Source of the DNA: a virus
Lineage: Duplodnaviria > Caudoviricetes
Reading direction: 5' to 3' (one strand)
Virus record (IMG/VR): IMGVR_UViG_2795386107_000001
Location: 8,822 to 72,821 of that record
Length of the DNA stretch: 64,000 bases
Part shown: positions 8,884-19,100 of the stretch, one piece after another
How the letters are laid out: each line of letters starts with the position of its first letter
Numbering within the stretch: the stretch's first letter is position 1
Program-made: the position numbers and the translations under genes
Notes under the pieces: model-generated
Seen by the model: only the letters and a program-made list of their open reading frames with translations
The model's database searches: none
Told to the model about the DNA's origin: nothing

Positions 8884-11800
8884 TCACTTCGTGTAGGTGA
8901 CGCGCAGCTTCGGGGGGTTGGTCTGGCCGTAGCCGCGTGCGCGGCCGTAGTAGGTCAGGCTCGAGTTGTTTGGGTCCAGCGCGATGCCCCGCCACTTCGT
9001 GGAGTCGAACACCGATGTGATGTCCACCCACTTGCCTTCGTTCTTGGCCCAGGAAATCGTCTTGGACTCGGGGTCGCAGGAGAACGTGGAGGGGCGAGAC
9101 GTGAAGCCGTGTGCCTTGATCACGGCGCTACCGCCGTTGTTGTAGTACCAGTGATCGAAGTACAGGTAGACCTCGGCCTTTTGGATGGTCGCACCGGACA
9201 GATCGGTGCCCAGGGACGACGAGAAGCCGATGAGGCTCGCCTGCATGCCGTTCGTGGAGCTGTAGTAGCCCTGATAGCAGGAGTTGCCCCAGTAGCTGTT
9301 GTACGAGCCGCGGTTCGAGTACGACCCGGACCAGGTCGCGGAGTAGGTCTTGGTGTACTGCACGACGGGCGGGGTGGCTGTGCCGCCTCCGGTGTTGTAT
9401 CCGCCGGTCTTCGGGATCTCCGGGCCGATGTCCTCGGCGTAGAAGACGCAACTGCGGCCGGTGGTGGGTAGGCCCAGTTCGAATGTCGTGCCGCTGGTGC
9501 TGCCGGAGTTCTCGAAGGAGAGCAGGAATCGGTGCAGGCCGGCGCCGAGCGTGCTGCCCGGAACGATGTACTCGAGCTCCGCTGTCCAGTACCGGCCCGT
9601 GTGTGAAGGGGTGAGGATGACGTGCTGGCGCAGCGTCGACGTGATTGTGGGCGTGGCGGTGCCGCCGTCTCGGAGGTAGAGGCGGGCCTCCCCGTCGTTG
9701 TTGTTGTCGAAGTCGGCCGTGGCGTGGAACTTGATGCGGTACATCCGGCCGGACTCGATCGTGACGGGCAGCTCGAAGTAGCCGAGCTCTGTGCCGGTTG
9801 CTGTCACGGTCGTGGCGGGCACGCCGTAGGAGATGATTCCGCGCGGCCGCTGGTCGAGGACTGTGACCAAGGGGTCCCCGCCCACAGTGAGGGTGTCGGC
9901 GACCGCCAGGCTCTGGAAGTAGGCGCCGCCGGTCTGGTCGATCGTCGCGACGGGCAGGCCGTCCGCGCTGAGCGTCAGGTAGTTGGGGCGGCCGGTCAGA
10001 AGGGAGACCGCTTCCTCCCCGTTGTCGTCAAAGAGCTGCAGGCCTCGGGGACTGATTTCTGAGCGGGCTCCGGCGAAGCCGGACGCGAGGACGATGCGCG
10101 CCTTCGCGTTGTCGTACTGGACGGTGCCGACGCTGGAGTTGACGGTGGAGCACGCGATGCGGAGCTGCGTCGTGCCGGCGGGGGCAGCATCGTCGGGAAC
10201 GCCGCTCAGCGTGGTCCATGCGCCCTTGACTGCTGCGTTGTCCCCGGTGGTCACGGTGCTGTACCCGAGGATGTTCCCGGCCGTGTCCAGCCACTGCCCG
10301 TAGAGGCTGACCCGGAGACCGTTCCAGTCGGTGGAGGCGTAGTAGTCGATGGCCAGCCACAGCTTTTGGCCTGGCATCCCTGGCACCGTGGCCAGCGTCA
10401 TGGAGCGGGTGACGGCCGTGGGGTTGGCGGCGTTCACCTGCAGGGCCTGCGGGGTGTTGTTGCCGGGGCTGACGATGGACCAGTACGTGCTCGTGGAGGC
10501 GCGGCCGGTCGAGATGGCGCCCTCAAAACTGGGGTCGGCGATGAGGTTGCCGTCAGTGCCGAGGGACAGCCGGTCGGCGGTGATCGCTCCGGCCTTGATG
10601 TGGGTGGCGTCGATGGCACCTGCGGCGATGGCGGTTGCCGTCACGCTGTTCACGGCCATCTTGTCCGCCGTGATCGACAGCGCCGCCAGCTTGTCGGTGG
10701 TGATCGCCAGGGAAGCGATCTTCTCAGCCGTGACGGACAGGGCGATGAGCTTGTCCGTCGTGATGGACCCGGCCAGGATCTTCGGCGCAGTGATCGAACC
10801 GTCCGCGATCTGCACCCCGGGGACGAGCGGGCGGAGCGCCGCGTTGTCGAACCACACGTCGCCAGCAGTGACCTGGGCGGCCTCGATCCGAATGCTGGCC
10901 CGGACGGTCCCAGCCGGCGCTGTGAAGGTGCCGGACACCCGCCCCCAGGTCCCGACTGCGGGCGTTCCCGGTGTTCCGGCGACGCCGTAGCCGAGGATCG
11001 TTCCCGAGGCGTCTTCCCACCGCGTGTGGATGTTCACCCCGCTGCCGGCCCAGTCCGCGGACAGGTAGTAGTCGGCCCCTAGGTACAGCTGGTCACCGGC
11101 GAGTACCGGGATCAGGGTCAGGGGCACGGCCCGGTAGATCGCAGTGGCAGAGCGGCAGTCGATTTTGACGGAAGCGGCGGAGCCATTGCCCTTGGTCTTG
11201 TCCTGCGCTGCGTACGAGATTCCGAGGACGAGCGAGGCGGTGACGGCTCCCTCGAACGAGGGGTCGGGCAGGATGTTGGACCCGCCGGTGACCGTCAGCT
11301 TGTCCGTGGTGATGGCGCCTGCTGCTACCGCGTTCGCCGTGACGGAGCCAGCCGCCAACTCGGAGGCTGTGACGGAGTTGGCCTGCAGCTCCCGCGCACT
11401 GATCGCGTCTGCGGCGATCTTTCCGGCGGTCACGGCGTCCGCGGCGAGCGCTGCGGTGTTCACGGCCCCGGCCGTGATGTTGACGGAGTCGACGATGCCG
11501 GTCTTGAGGGCTTCGAGCGTCACGCAGTCGACCTGCATGACGCTGGTCGATGTCCCGCCGAGCCCGTTGTAGTTGAGCCACACGTACGGCGCGAGGAAGC
11601 GGACGTCGTTGTGTACGACGCCGGGGTTCCGCGGGTCGTTGTTCGGGCCGGTCGAGCCGACCGCGGCGCGGTCCTTGACGAAGCCGACGACCGTCACCCA
11701 GCCGTCAGCGGTCGTGATGGGCTTGCCTGACGCGGCGACGTAGTAGTGCGAGTTCGGGCTACCGGCGGTGCCGTTGCGGTTGACGAGAGTCTTTCCGTCC

Positions 11801-12822
11801 GCGCCGATGCCGGCGACGCCGACATAGAACGTCTCGGTGGCTCCGACCGGGCCGGTGAGGCGGACTCTGGCGCTCAGCCGGTACAGCACGCCGGGTTCGT
11901 ACGGGATGGCCGTGGTGCCCTGCAGACGGTTGTAGCCGGTGGCCTGCCCAACGTTCTGGCTGGTGGGGGCGTCCGCGACGCCGGAGCGGTAATCCCAGAC
12001 GCCCCCGGTGCCCTTGTCCGTGACGGTCCACGCGGCGGGGTCGTTCATCGTGTCGACGTAGCGCTGTGCTGCGCTGTCGCTGAGGGCGCCGCCGAGGGCG
12101 TTGATCAGGACGGCACCGTTGGCGATCTTCCCGACGGTGACCGCGGCCTTGGCGAGCTTGTCCTCGAGGACCGCGCCGTCGGCGAGTGCGGTGGACCCGA
12201 CAGCGCCGAGGGCGATCTTCGCCGCGGTGACCGCGTTCTGTGCGAGCTTGACATCGGTGACCATCCCGTCGACGAGGTCCTCGCTGACGGCCTGGCGGGG
12301 CTTGCCCTCAACGGCGGTGGAGGGCGGCCCGGTGACCGCCGCGGTGTTCGCGGCGACCAGGCGCACCCAGACGCTGGTGTAGCCCTCGGTGCCGACCGTG
12401 ACGGTGCCGCCGAGGGGGGCCGTGATGGTGCCGACCTGGGTGATGACGGAGGGCTCGAACGTCTCGGTGGTGCCGAGGTGGACCTGGACGAGCGAGAAGT
12501 CGGAGGGAGCCTCAGCGGCGTCCGTCCAGGCGCCGTCCCATCCGACGGTCAGGCCGGCCAACTTGGACTCGATGACCGGAGGGGTGGGGGTCGGGGGTGG
12601 GGTGGTGTTGACGGGGACCAGGGCGACGCCGCCGTCGGGCTGCACGCCGACGGAGCCCTTGAGGGTGCCCTCGTCGTCGTAGATGTCGAGGCTGCCGCCC
12701 TCGATGCTCGCGTTGTTGAGTTGGTTGGACCGTTCGAGCGCTGCCAGCCGGTCCTCGAGCTGCTTGAAGTAGGAAGCGAACTGCTTCGCCTTCTCCCGCT
12801 TGTCCAGGTTGAAGGACGACAC
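8884..12822 (-). CDS. Tail fibre / receptor-binding minor tail protein
   Basis: About 1312 aa; N-terminal LEDRLAALER, blocks of (A/S)(V/I)TA(D/E)K(I/L)A repeats, two N(I/L)xxDPSFE carbohydrate-binding-like modules, C-terminal PKLRVTYTK; GTG start after GGAGG. Confidence 0.85.
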   Translation of the reverse strand: MSSFNLDKREKAKQFASYFKQLEDRLAALERSNQLNNASIEGGSLDIYDDEGTLKGSVGVQPDGGVALVPVNTTPPPTPTPPVIESKLAGLTVGWDGAWTDAAEAPSDFSLVQVHLGTTETFEPSVITQVGTITAPLGGTVTVGTEGYTSVWVRLVAANTAAVTGPPSTAVEGKPRQAVSEDLVDGMVTDVKLAQNAVTAAKIALGAVGSTALADGAVLEDKLAKAAVTVGKIANGAVLINALGGALSDSAAQRYVDTMNDPAAWTVTDKGTGGVWDYRSGVADAPTSQNVGQATGYNRLQGTTAIPYEPGVLYRLSARVRLTGPVGATETFYVGVAGIGADGKTLVNRNGTAGSPNSHYYVAASGKPITTADGWVTVVGFVKDRAAVGSTGPNNDPRNPGVVHNDVRFLAPYVWLNYNGLGGTSTSVMQVDCVTLEALKTGIVDSVNITAGAVNTAALAADAVTAGKIAADAISARELQANSVTASELAAGSVTANAVAAGAITTDKLTVTGGSNILPDPSFEGAVTASLVLGISYAAQDKTKGNGSAASVKIDCRSATAIYRAVPLTLIPVLAGDQLYLGADYYLSADWAGSGVNIHTRWEDASGTILGYGVAGTPGTPAVGTWGRVSGTFTAPAGTVRASIRIEAAQVTAGDVWFDNAALRPLVPGVQIADGSITAPKILAGSITTDKLIALSVTAEKIASLAITTDKLAALSITADKMAVNSVTATAIAAGAIDATHIKAGAITADRLSLGTDGNLIADPSFEGAISTGRASTSTYWSIVSPGNNTPQALQVNAANPTAVTRSMTLATVPGMPGQKLWLAIDYYASTDWNGLRVSLYGQWLDTAGNILGYSTVTTGDNAAVKGAWTTLSGVPDDAAPAGTTQLRIACSTVNSSVGTVQYDNAKARIVLASGFAGARSEISPRGLQLFDDNGEEAVSLLTGRPNYLTLSADGLPVATIDQTGGAYFQSLAVADTLTVGGDPLVTVLDQRPRGIISYGVPATTVTATGTELGYFELPVTIESGRMYRIKFHATADFDNNNDGEARLYLRDGGTATPTITSTLRQHVILTPSHTGRYWTAELEYIVPGSTLGAGLHRFLLSFENSGSTSGTTFELGLPTTGRSCVFYAEDIGPEIPKTGGYNTGGGTATPPVVQYTKTYSATWSGSYSNRGSYNSYWGNSCYQGYYSSTNGMQASLIGFSSSLGTDLSGATIQKAEVYLYFDHWYYNNGGSAVIKAHGFTSRPSTFSCDPESKTISWAKNEGKWVDITSVFDSTKWRGIALDPNNSSLTYYGRARGYGQTNPPKLRVTYTK

Positions 12823-12874
12823 CCGTCCTCCCTCCACTGCTTCCGCGGCCGCCGGGATCTCCGGGGCAAGCGGG

Positions 12875-12910
12875 AGAGTGGAAGGAAGGAGGGGTTAGTG
12901 TCGCGGTCTG
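12875..12910 (-). promoter_or_regulatory. Bipartite promoter-like motif (tail fibre)
   Basis: CAGACCGCGACACTAAC with CACTCT at the 22-nt offset. Confidence 0.7.
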
Positions 12911-12911
12911 G

Positions 12912-14111
12912 TCATCCGTAGAAGTCGCTGCGCGTGAGCTGCAGGACCGCGGTGCCGGCGGCGGGGTCGATCTCCTCGGAGACAACGCGGTGCCAAATGG
13001 CGAGTTCGCCCACCCACGGCACGTCGACCTGGAGGAGGATGCGGTCGCCCAGCGCCCACGAGCCAAGCGGGGCGTTGGGGTGGTGGCGGATCGCGATGGA
13101 CGGAATCGTGAGCTGTTCCGAGTGGCGGGCGCGTTCCTTCTTGCCGTACTCGGTCAACGTCCTCGCGTTCGCGGTGCTCTTGTGCGTGATGATCTTCGCG
13201 CGGCGCAGCCGCTTGTCGTCGACGACGACGCGGACCCGGGCCGTCTTTTGCCCGCTGCCCTTACCCAGCACGTAGACGTTGTTCGCGAAAAAGTCCCCCT
13301 GATAGTTGGGGGTGGCGATCTCGATGACGTTCTCGCCCTGCGCAAATCGCAGGTCGGAGCGGGCCTTGCCGAGTCGCCGTGTGCCCAGGTCGATGTGGTG
13401 AAGGATCTTCTCCTTCGTGCCGTCCCAGTAGTGCCGCTCGAGGAAGTCGCCCTTCGCGAGGTTCATGACGTCGGTGATCGTGGAGCCACAGTCGGGGTTG
13501 TCCCACCACAGCAGCTCCCACGGGTCCTCGCCGTTCGAGGCACCGAGCTTGTACCCGGAGTCGTGGCCGTCGAGGGTGACGCCCAGCTTGCCCATCTTGT
13601 AGTCCTGCAGGTGGGCCCAGATGTGCCGGACGACGTCGTACGCATCCCATCGGGTGCTGACCTTGTCCTTCGGCTTCTTCGGCATCTTCTTCTTTGGGTG
13701 GGTGCCGTCGATGTAGCCGTCGTGGTTCTTGTCCTTGCCGTCGTACGCCCATTTCTGGGCAACCTTGGCGCCGGAGCGGATCACCGACCCGAGGTAGGGC
13801 ATGCCGCTGGGGTAGGCGGTGTATCCAGCACAGGACACCTTCATCGCCTGGCCCTCGAACGACAGGTTCGTGACCAGGCCGCCCCATCGGATGCGGCCCT
13901 CGAACTCGGCGAACAGGGCCGTCGACCACTCGGAGATGACCGGTAGACCGTCCGGCTTGGCCATCAGCCGCAGATACTCCGGCTCGATCTTCCCCGTCAT
14001 CTGGCCGGGCCCGTTCAGCTCCCGCTTGGGCGGGGAGTCCGCGACGAACGGCACGTCCCAGTCGAGGAAGTCACCCGTCACCGCGCGCATTGCGATGTAC
14101 CGCCAGGCCAT
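12912..14111 (-). CDS. Minor tail protein (baseplate hub type)
   Basis: MAWRYIAMRAVTGDFLDWDVP..RELNGPG..RWGG..LRFAQGENV; start coupled to the upstream stop (TGATG at 14109-14113). Confidence 0.8.
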   Translation of the reverse strand: MAWRYIAMRAVTGDFLDWDVPFVADSPPKRELNGPGQMTGKIEPEYLRLMAKPDGLPVISEWSTALFAEFEGRIRWGGLVTNLSFEGQAMKVSCAGYTAYPSGMPYLGSVIRSGAKVAQKWAYDGKDKNHDGYIDGTHPKKKMPKKPKDKVSTRWDAYDVVRHIWAHLQDYKMGKLGVTLDGHDSGYKLGASNGEDPWELLWWDNPDCGSTITDVMNLAKGDFLERHYWDGTKEKILHHIDLGTRRLGKARSDLRFAQGENVIEIATPNYQGDFFANNVYVLGKGSGQKTARVRVVVDDKRLRRAKIITHKSTANARTLTEYGKKERARHSEQLTIPSIAIRHHPNAPLGSWALGDRILLQVDVPWVGELAIWHRVVSEEIDPAAGTAVLQLTRSDFYG

Positions 14112-15079
14112 CAGGCGCTCACCGGCTCTTGCGAGTAGGTCACTTCGAGCGACAGCACCGTGTACGCGTCCGCGCGAAGGACGCCGGTGAAGCCCGCCGT
14201 GCCGATGCCCTCGATGTCGATGTCCCGCATCTGCCCGCGGTCGGCGGGGTCGAGGAGGAACCGGTGCCCGGCCTGGACGGCGAGCCGGCCCGCTTGGGTG
14301 GCCCCGTACGGCATGCCGACACCGTGCTGGTCGTTGAAGGACACCCGCACCTGCCCGCGGGCCTCCGTGGTGTCCGGGTGCAGCAAGCCCGTGATGAGGA
14401 CGTGCACGCTCACGTGCGTCGCCCACTCCGGCACCTTCTCCGTCCACGTGGCACCGAGCGGGAACAGCTCCCAGACGTCGGTGATGGGCCCGACGTCGTC
14501 CGGGGACGCCCACGCGCCGGGCAGGTAGCGGCGTGAGGTCTGCGTGCGCGGCCGCGCGATCTGCCGCAGGTCGGTGACCATGCTGGCGGTGATGGCGGTC
14601 GTCGACAGCGGCAGGTCGACCCGGGCGAGCGTGATGGCGGTGGAGTCGGGGTCGATGTCCAGGATGCTCGTGGTGCCGGGCGGCACGTCGGGGATGACCC
14701 TGGTATAGACGTACGGGCCCACCGTCGGGTCTTCGGGCGCTGGCCACGTCTCCCCGCCGTAGGGGTCCTCGACCCTGGCGATGATCAGGTCCGACCGTCC
14801 CCCGTCCGAGGACGTCGGCTCGATGTCCACCTGCCCGGACGTCGGCATGCGGGCCGCGTACGACTGATCGCCTCCGCCCGCGGCCGCGCGCCGCTTCGCG
14901 ACCATGGCCCCCGGCGCGACCTGCACGGCGCCGGCCGGGGCGTCCAGCGCGGTGACGAGGAGGTCGGCGGGGGCGATGACGCCCTCACCGCCGCACGCTG
15001 CCGCCTCGACGATCAGGCGCAGCGTCTCCTCGGACGCTGCCGTGCCCTCGACGAACCAGGGGATGCCGTCCCATGCCAT
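14111..15079 (-). CDS. Minor tail protein
   Basis: 322 aa; VQVAPG, RSDLIIARVEDP, AITLARVDLP, ITASMVTDLR; RBS AAGGAG. Confidence 0.8.
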   Translation of the reverse strand: MAWDGIPWFVEGTAASEETLRLIVEAAACGGEGVIAPADLLVTALDAPAGAVQVAPGAMVAKRRAAAGGGDQSYAARMPTSGQVDIEPTSSDGGRSDLIIARVEDPYGGETWPAPEDPTVGPYVYTRVIPDVPPGTTSILDIDPDSTAITLARVDLPLSTTAITASMVTDLRQIARPRTQTSRRYLPGAWASPDDVGPITDVWELFPLGATWTEKVPEWATHVSVHVLITGLLHPDTTEARGQVRVSFNDQHGVGMPYGATQAGRLAVQAGHRFLLDPADRGQMRDIDIEGIGTAGFTGVLRADAYTVLSLEVTYSQEPVSA

Positions 15080-15111
15080 GACTTGTTCTCCTTCTCCGTA
15101 CGGGAGAGGAG

Positions 15112-15147
15112 AGAGTGAGAGGCCGAGGGCGCTACTGTCGCCCGCTC
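15112..15147 (-). promoter_or_regulatory. Bipartite promoter-like motif
   Basis: GAGCGGGCGACAGTAG with CACTCT at the 22-nt offset. Confidence 0.65.
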
Positions 15148-16189
15148 ACCACCACGAGTACGCATCCCGCCAGGCCATCCGAATCCGCGGCCCTTCAAGG
15201 GCGCGGGCCGACGACTTGGTGTAGGACAGCGACGCCGTCCAGTACCCGGGCGGGAGGAACATCTGCGACAGCCGCGGACTCGACCGGGTCAGCTTGTCCG
15301 CCACCGACTTCGACGACGAGCTGGTGTAGTGGGTGACCGTACGCACCCACGGGCGGGCGTCGATCGTGACGTGCTCGCCGTCGGGAATCGTCATGGAGAG
15401 CTGCACTTCCCACAACGCCGGCGTCACCGTGAGCTTCGGGTTCTTGCACGGCCCGTGGATCTCGACGTAGGGGTATGTGTTGAGGGTGCCGCGCTGCTGG
15501 AAGGAAGCGGTCTTCTTCGACTGGAACAGCCAGGCGCCGCCCCCAATCCGGCCGGGCCGCCCTGGCAGCCCAATGAACTGGTGGTCGTACAGCTCGACTT
15601 CCTTCTCCGTCTGCTCGTAGAACCGATCGTCGACGGCCGCGAACTCGCAGACAACGGGCGTGTAGCCCTGACGGCTCAGGCGGGAGTGGGAGACGGCGAA
15701 CTTCCGCGGCCGCCCGTACAACTGGCGGGTGCGTCCCCCAGAGCTGTGCACCAGCCAGGCAGCCCGGCCGGCCTTTCCGCGGATGCCGTCGGCCCGCCAC
15801 ACCTGCCGCAGCATGTTCACGCCGTCCAGGCCCCACTGATACGGCCCCTGGTCCTTCTTGTTGTAGGCCGCGAGCACCGCCTCCGTGTTGCTCCAGTCGC
15901 CGACCCGGGTTCCTCGCGGCCACGGGCGCATCGGCCAATGCAGGTCGATGGGGCCGCCCACGCCGTCGACGCCCAGCTCGAACGTGACCGTCGCGTTGCG
16001 CTGGTAGTCGCGGCCCATGCGAACGCCGTCCTCGCCCGGCATTGCCGCGTCGGCCAGGTCCATGTCGGCGAACGTGATGTCCGGTTCGCTCAGACAGTAG
16101 ATGCCCTGCGCCTCGCGGCCGAAGGTCAAAGATGCCCCGGGATAGTTGTCGTAGGAGGAGTAGCCGAGGAGCCATTCACCGTCACGCAT
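15146..16189 (-). CDS. Distal tail (Dit-like) protein
   Basis: Directly after the tape measure; DGVRMGRDY, YGRPRKF, IHGPCKNP, IDARPW, terminal WRDAY; RBS GGAGG. Confidence 0.8.
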   Translation of the reverse strand: MRDGEWLLGYSSYDNYPGASLTFGREAQGIYCLSEPDITFADMDLADAAMPGEDGVRMGRDYQRNATVTFELGVDGVGGPIDLHWPMRPWPRGTRVGDWSNTEAVLAAYNKKDQGPYQWGLDGVNMLRQVWRADGIRGKAGRAAWLVHSSGGRTRQLYGRPRKFAVSHSRLSRQGYTPVVCEFAAVDDRFYEQTEKEVELYDHQFIGLPGRPGRIGGGAWLFQSKKTASFQQRGTLNTYPYVEIHGPCKNPKLTVTPALWEVQLSMTIPDGEHVTIDARPWVRTVTHYTSSSSKSVADKLTRSSPRLSQMFLPPGYWTASLSYTKSSARALEGPRIRMAWRDAYSWW

Positions 16190-19100
16190 TGCCTCCACCT
16201 CCCAGGCGGATGCGGCGCAGCTCGAACATGGCGTCCTCCAGAGCGGTTCCCGTCGATGCGACCGCACCGATGTTCAGATTGAGGTCACCGCCGACGAGCG
16301 ACCCGGCAGCCTGCGCGGCCGCCGTTCGCTGCCTGACGGTGGTGGCGCGCGTCCGTACGCCGCCCTGGGCGTACTGGCGCATCGCGCCGTTGGCGAAGTA
16401 GATGACCCGGCCGCCGAACATCTCGGCGACGCGCTCGAGGATCGCCTCGCTGCGCTTGCGCTTGCTGGGGGCCAGGGGGATGTACGCCTCACCGCCGGTC
16501 TCCGGCTCCGCCCACAGCCGCCACTCGCCGGGCTTGCCGATCTGCGCAATGTGGTTCTCAGCTCCGGCCGCGAAGGCACGGACGCTGTCCATAGCGCGGC
16601 GGATGCCGCCATTGGCGTACCTCACGATGCCGCCGTCCGCGTGCGTACGGACCACGGAGGGCTTGCCTGACTCGCTGTACTGGACGGTGACGTGCACGGT
16701 CTTGCCGGTCAGGTTGTTGATCGCGGTCTGGATGCGCTGCACGTTCGCGAGCGGCGACTTCGTCGGGGCCGTGATCCTGACCGTCTTGCCGCCCTTGCCG
16801 TCAACGTTCTGGATCTTGTAGCCGAGATCCTTGAGCGCCTTCTGGGCGACGGCGGTGGGCGTCTTGACCTCGATGGACTTGCCCTTGGGCAGGCCCGCGA
16901 CTTTCTGTTGGACATTCTTCAGGTCGCCGGCGGCCTTCTGGATGATCGCCTGGACTGTGACCTTCTTCTTGTCCGGGGCGTTGGCGATGTCCTGCGCCAG
17001 GGCGGCGATGTTGACGCGCGCGCCCCCGGTCGGGGCCGAGACGGTCACCTTCTTGCTGCCGGGGATTCGCTGCACGGTGAAGCCGAGGGCTTCGAGCTGT
17101 TCGCGGGCGGCGACGGTGGGCGCGTTGATCTGGATGCCCTTGCCCGGCGGGATGCTTTCGAGCTTGCCGCGCAGGGCCAGGACTTCGGCGGTCGCCTCCG
17201 GGATGCCCTTGGCGGTGACGAGGGTGGTGATGGTGTCGGGCACGAAGCCCATCTGGTCGACGAGCGCCTTCGCCTGGTCCTTCGGGATGCCCATGTCCCG
17301 GGCGAGTTCGAGGGCCTTCTTCCGGGCCTTCTCCATGGCGGCCTGACCCTTGTCCATGGCATCGGACATGGGCATCAGGCCCTGCTCCCCGGCCTCCTGC
17401 GCCTTGGTGGCGACGGCCAGCATGTTGTCGCGCAGCTCCGTGAGCTGGCTGTTGAGGGTCTGCCCGTTCTTTGTGCTGGTGTCGACCAGGTGGTCGTTGC
17501 CGACGAGTGCCTTGCCCCAGCCGTCGGCGTGGTCGATGTTCGACTTCATCGTGTCGTCGATCTGGAGCATCACGTTGTTGAGCTGGGCCTCAGCGTCGTG
17601 GAAGCTCTGGGTGTTGCCGTTGAGGGCGTCCAGTGCCCGCTTGAGGGCGTCGGTCCGCTCGTCCGCGCTCTTGGTCTTGTCGGAGAAGCCCTGCACGGCC
17701 GTCTGCAGCCGGTCGTATGCCGTGGTGCCGGTGGAAGTGCTGCCGTTCGTCGCGTCGGCGAGTTCCTGCTGTCTCTTCCTCGTCTCCTTGAGGGTGCCGT
17801 TCATGTCCCCCAAGGCGTCGGCCGCTGCCTTGTACTTCTCGCCCTGCTCCGTGTAGACGAGTTCGGACGCCTTGTCGGCGGCGTAGCTCTTGTAATACTT
17901 CGTGGCATCGGCAAGGGTCGTAAGCTTCTTCTGCAGGTCGTCGACTGAGCCGCCCTGGTCCAGGTAGGCGTTCGTGACGTCCTTGAGGCTCACGCCGGCG
18001 TCGCGCAGAACATCGACCAACTTGCCCTTGCCGTCGGCGAGCTTGACGTCATACAGGTACGCCGCTGCCTGCGCCCGTACGTTGGCGTCGACCTCGCCGT
18101 TCGACTGGGCCAGGGCCTGCGCCAGGTTCTCGACCTGTTCCTCGTGGGCCTCCGCGGCGCGCGCCGCGGCCTCCTGCTTCGAGGCGAGCCAGCCCAGACC
18201 GATCGTCGCGGCGGTGATGGCGATACCGAGGGGGCCGCCGAGTGCACCGGTGATGCCGCCGAGTGCCCGTACGGCGACCTTGTTGGCGGCGCCGATACCG
18301 CGCAGGGTGCCGGTCAGGCGGCCGCCCTGCTGCGAGACGCGGCTGTAGACACCCGACATGCGGCCCCAGAGGCTCAGGCTCGTGCCTGACGCGGTCGCGG
18401 TGCCGCGCAGCGTGGTGTTCAGCGTGCGCACGGAGGTTCCCGCGGCCACGACGGATGTGCCGAAGCCACGGAGCATAGTGGCGACGCCGCTGACGACCTT
18501 GAGGGCGAGCATCGTGCCCAGGAAGATGGCCAGGGCGCTGTTCGCACCGGGTATCACGCCCATGATCCCGTTGAAGATCTGCAGCAGGCCGTTGAAGGTC
18601 ACCAGCAGAACGCCGAGCCCGGAGCCGGCCGCCGACAGGTTCCCGATCGCCGTGGCGATGTTCGAGATCACGGAGATGAGTGCGGGCCCCACGGTCTGGC
18701 CGAGGGAGCTGAAGAAGGTGCCCAGGGCGGGCATCAGCTCGAGGCGGATCTGCCGGACCAGGTCAGTGATTCCGCCGTCCTTCATGGACCGGCCGAGCCC
18801 GCGCATGAGGTCCCCGAAGAGGAGGTTCACCTCGTGGAAGGTGGGTGCGGCGTCGCTGAACAGCTGCTTCATCGCCTTCTGTCCGGCGCCCGAGTTGGCG
18901 TAGCGCTCGAAGCGCTTCATGCTGCCCTCGAGGCCGTCCAGCATGGCGTTGCCGGTGTCCATGGCCGCGCGGCCGACTCCGCCGAGTCCCCGGATCAGGC
19001 TGCCGGTTGTCCGACCGAGCTGCGCGGCCTTGTCCCCTGCGTGATCGAGGAACTTCGCGAGGCTGCCGGTTTCCCGGCCTGCCTGCACAGAGGCCCGGAA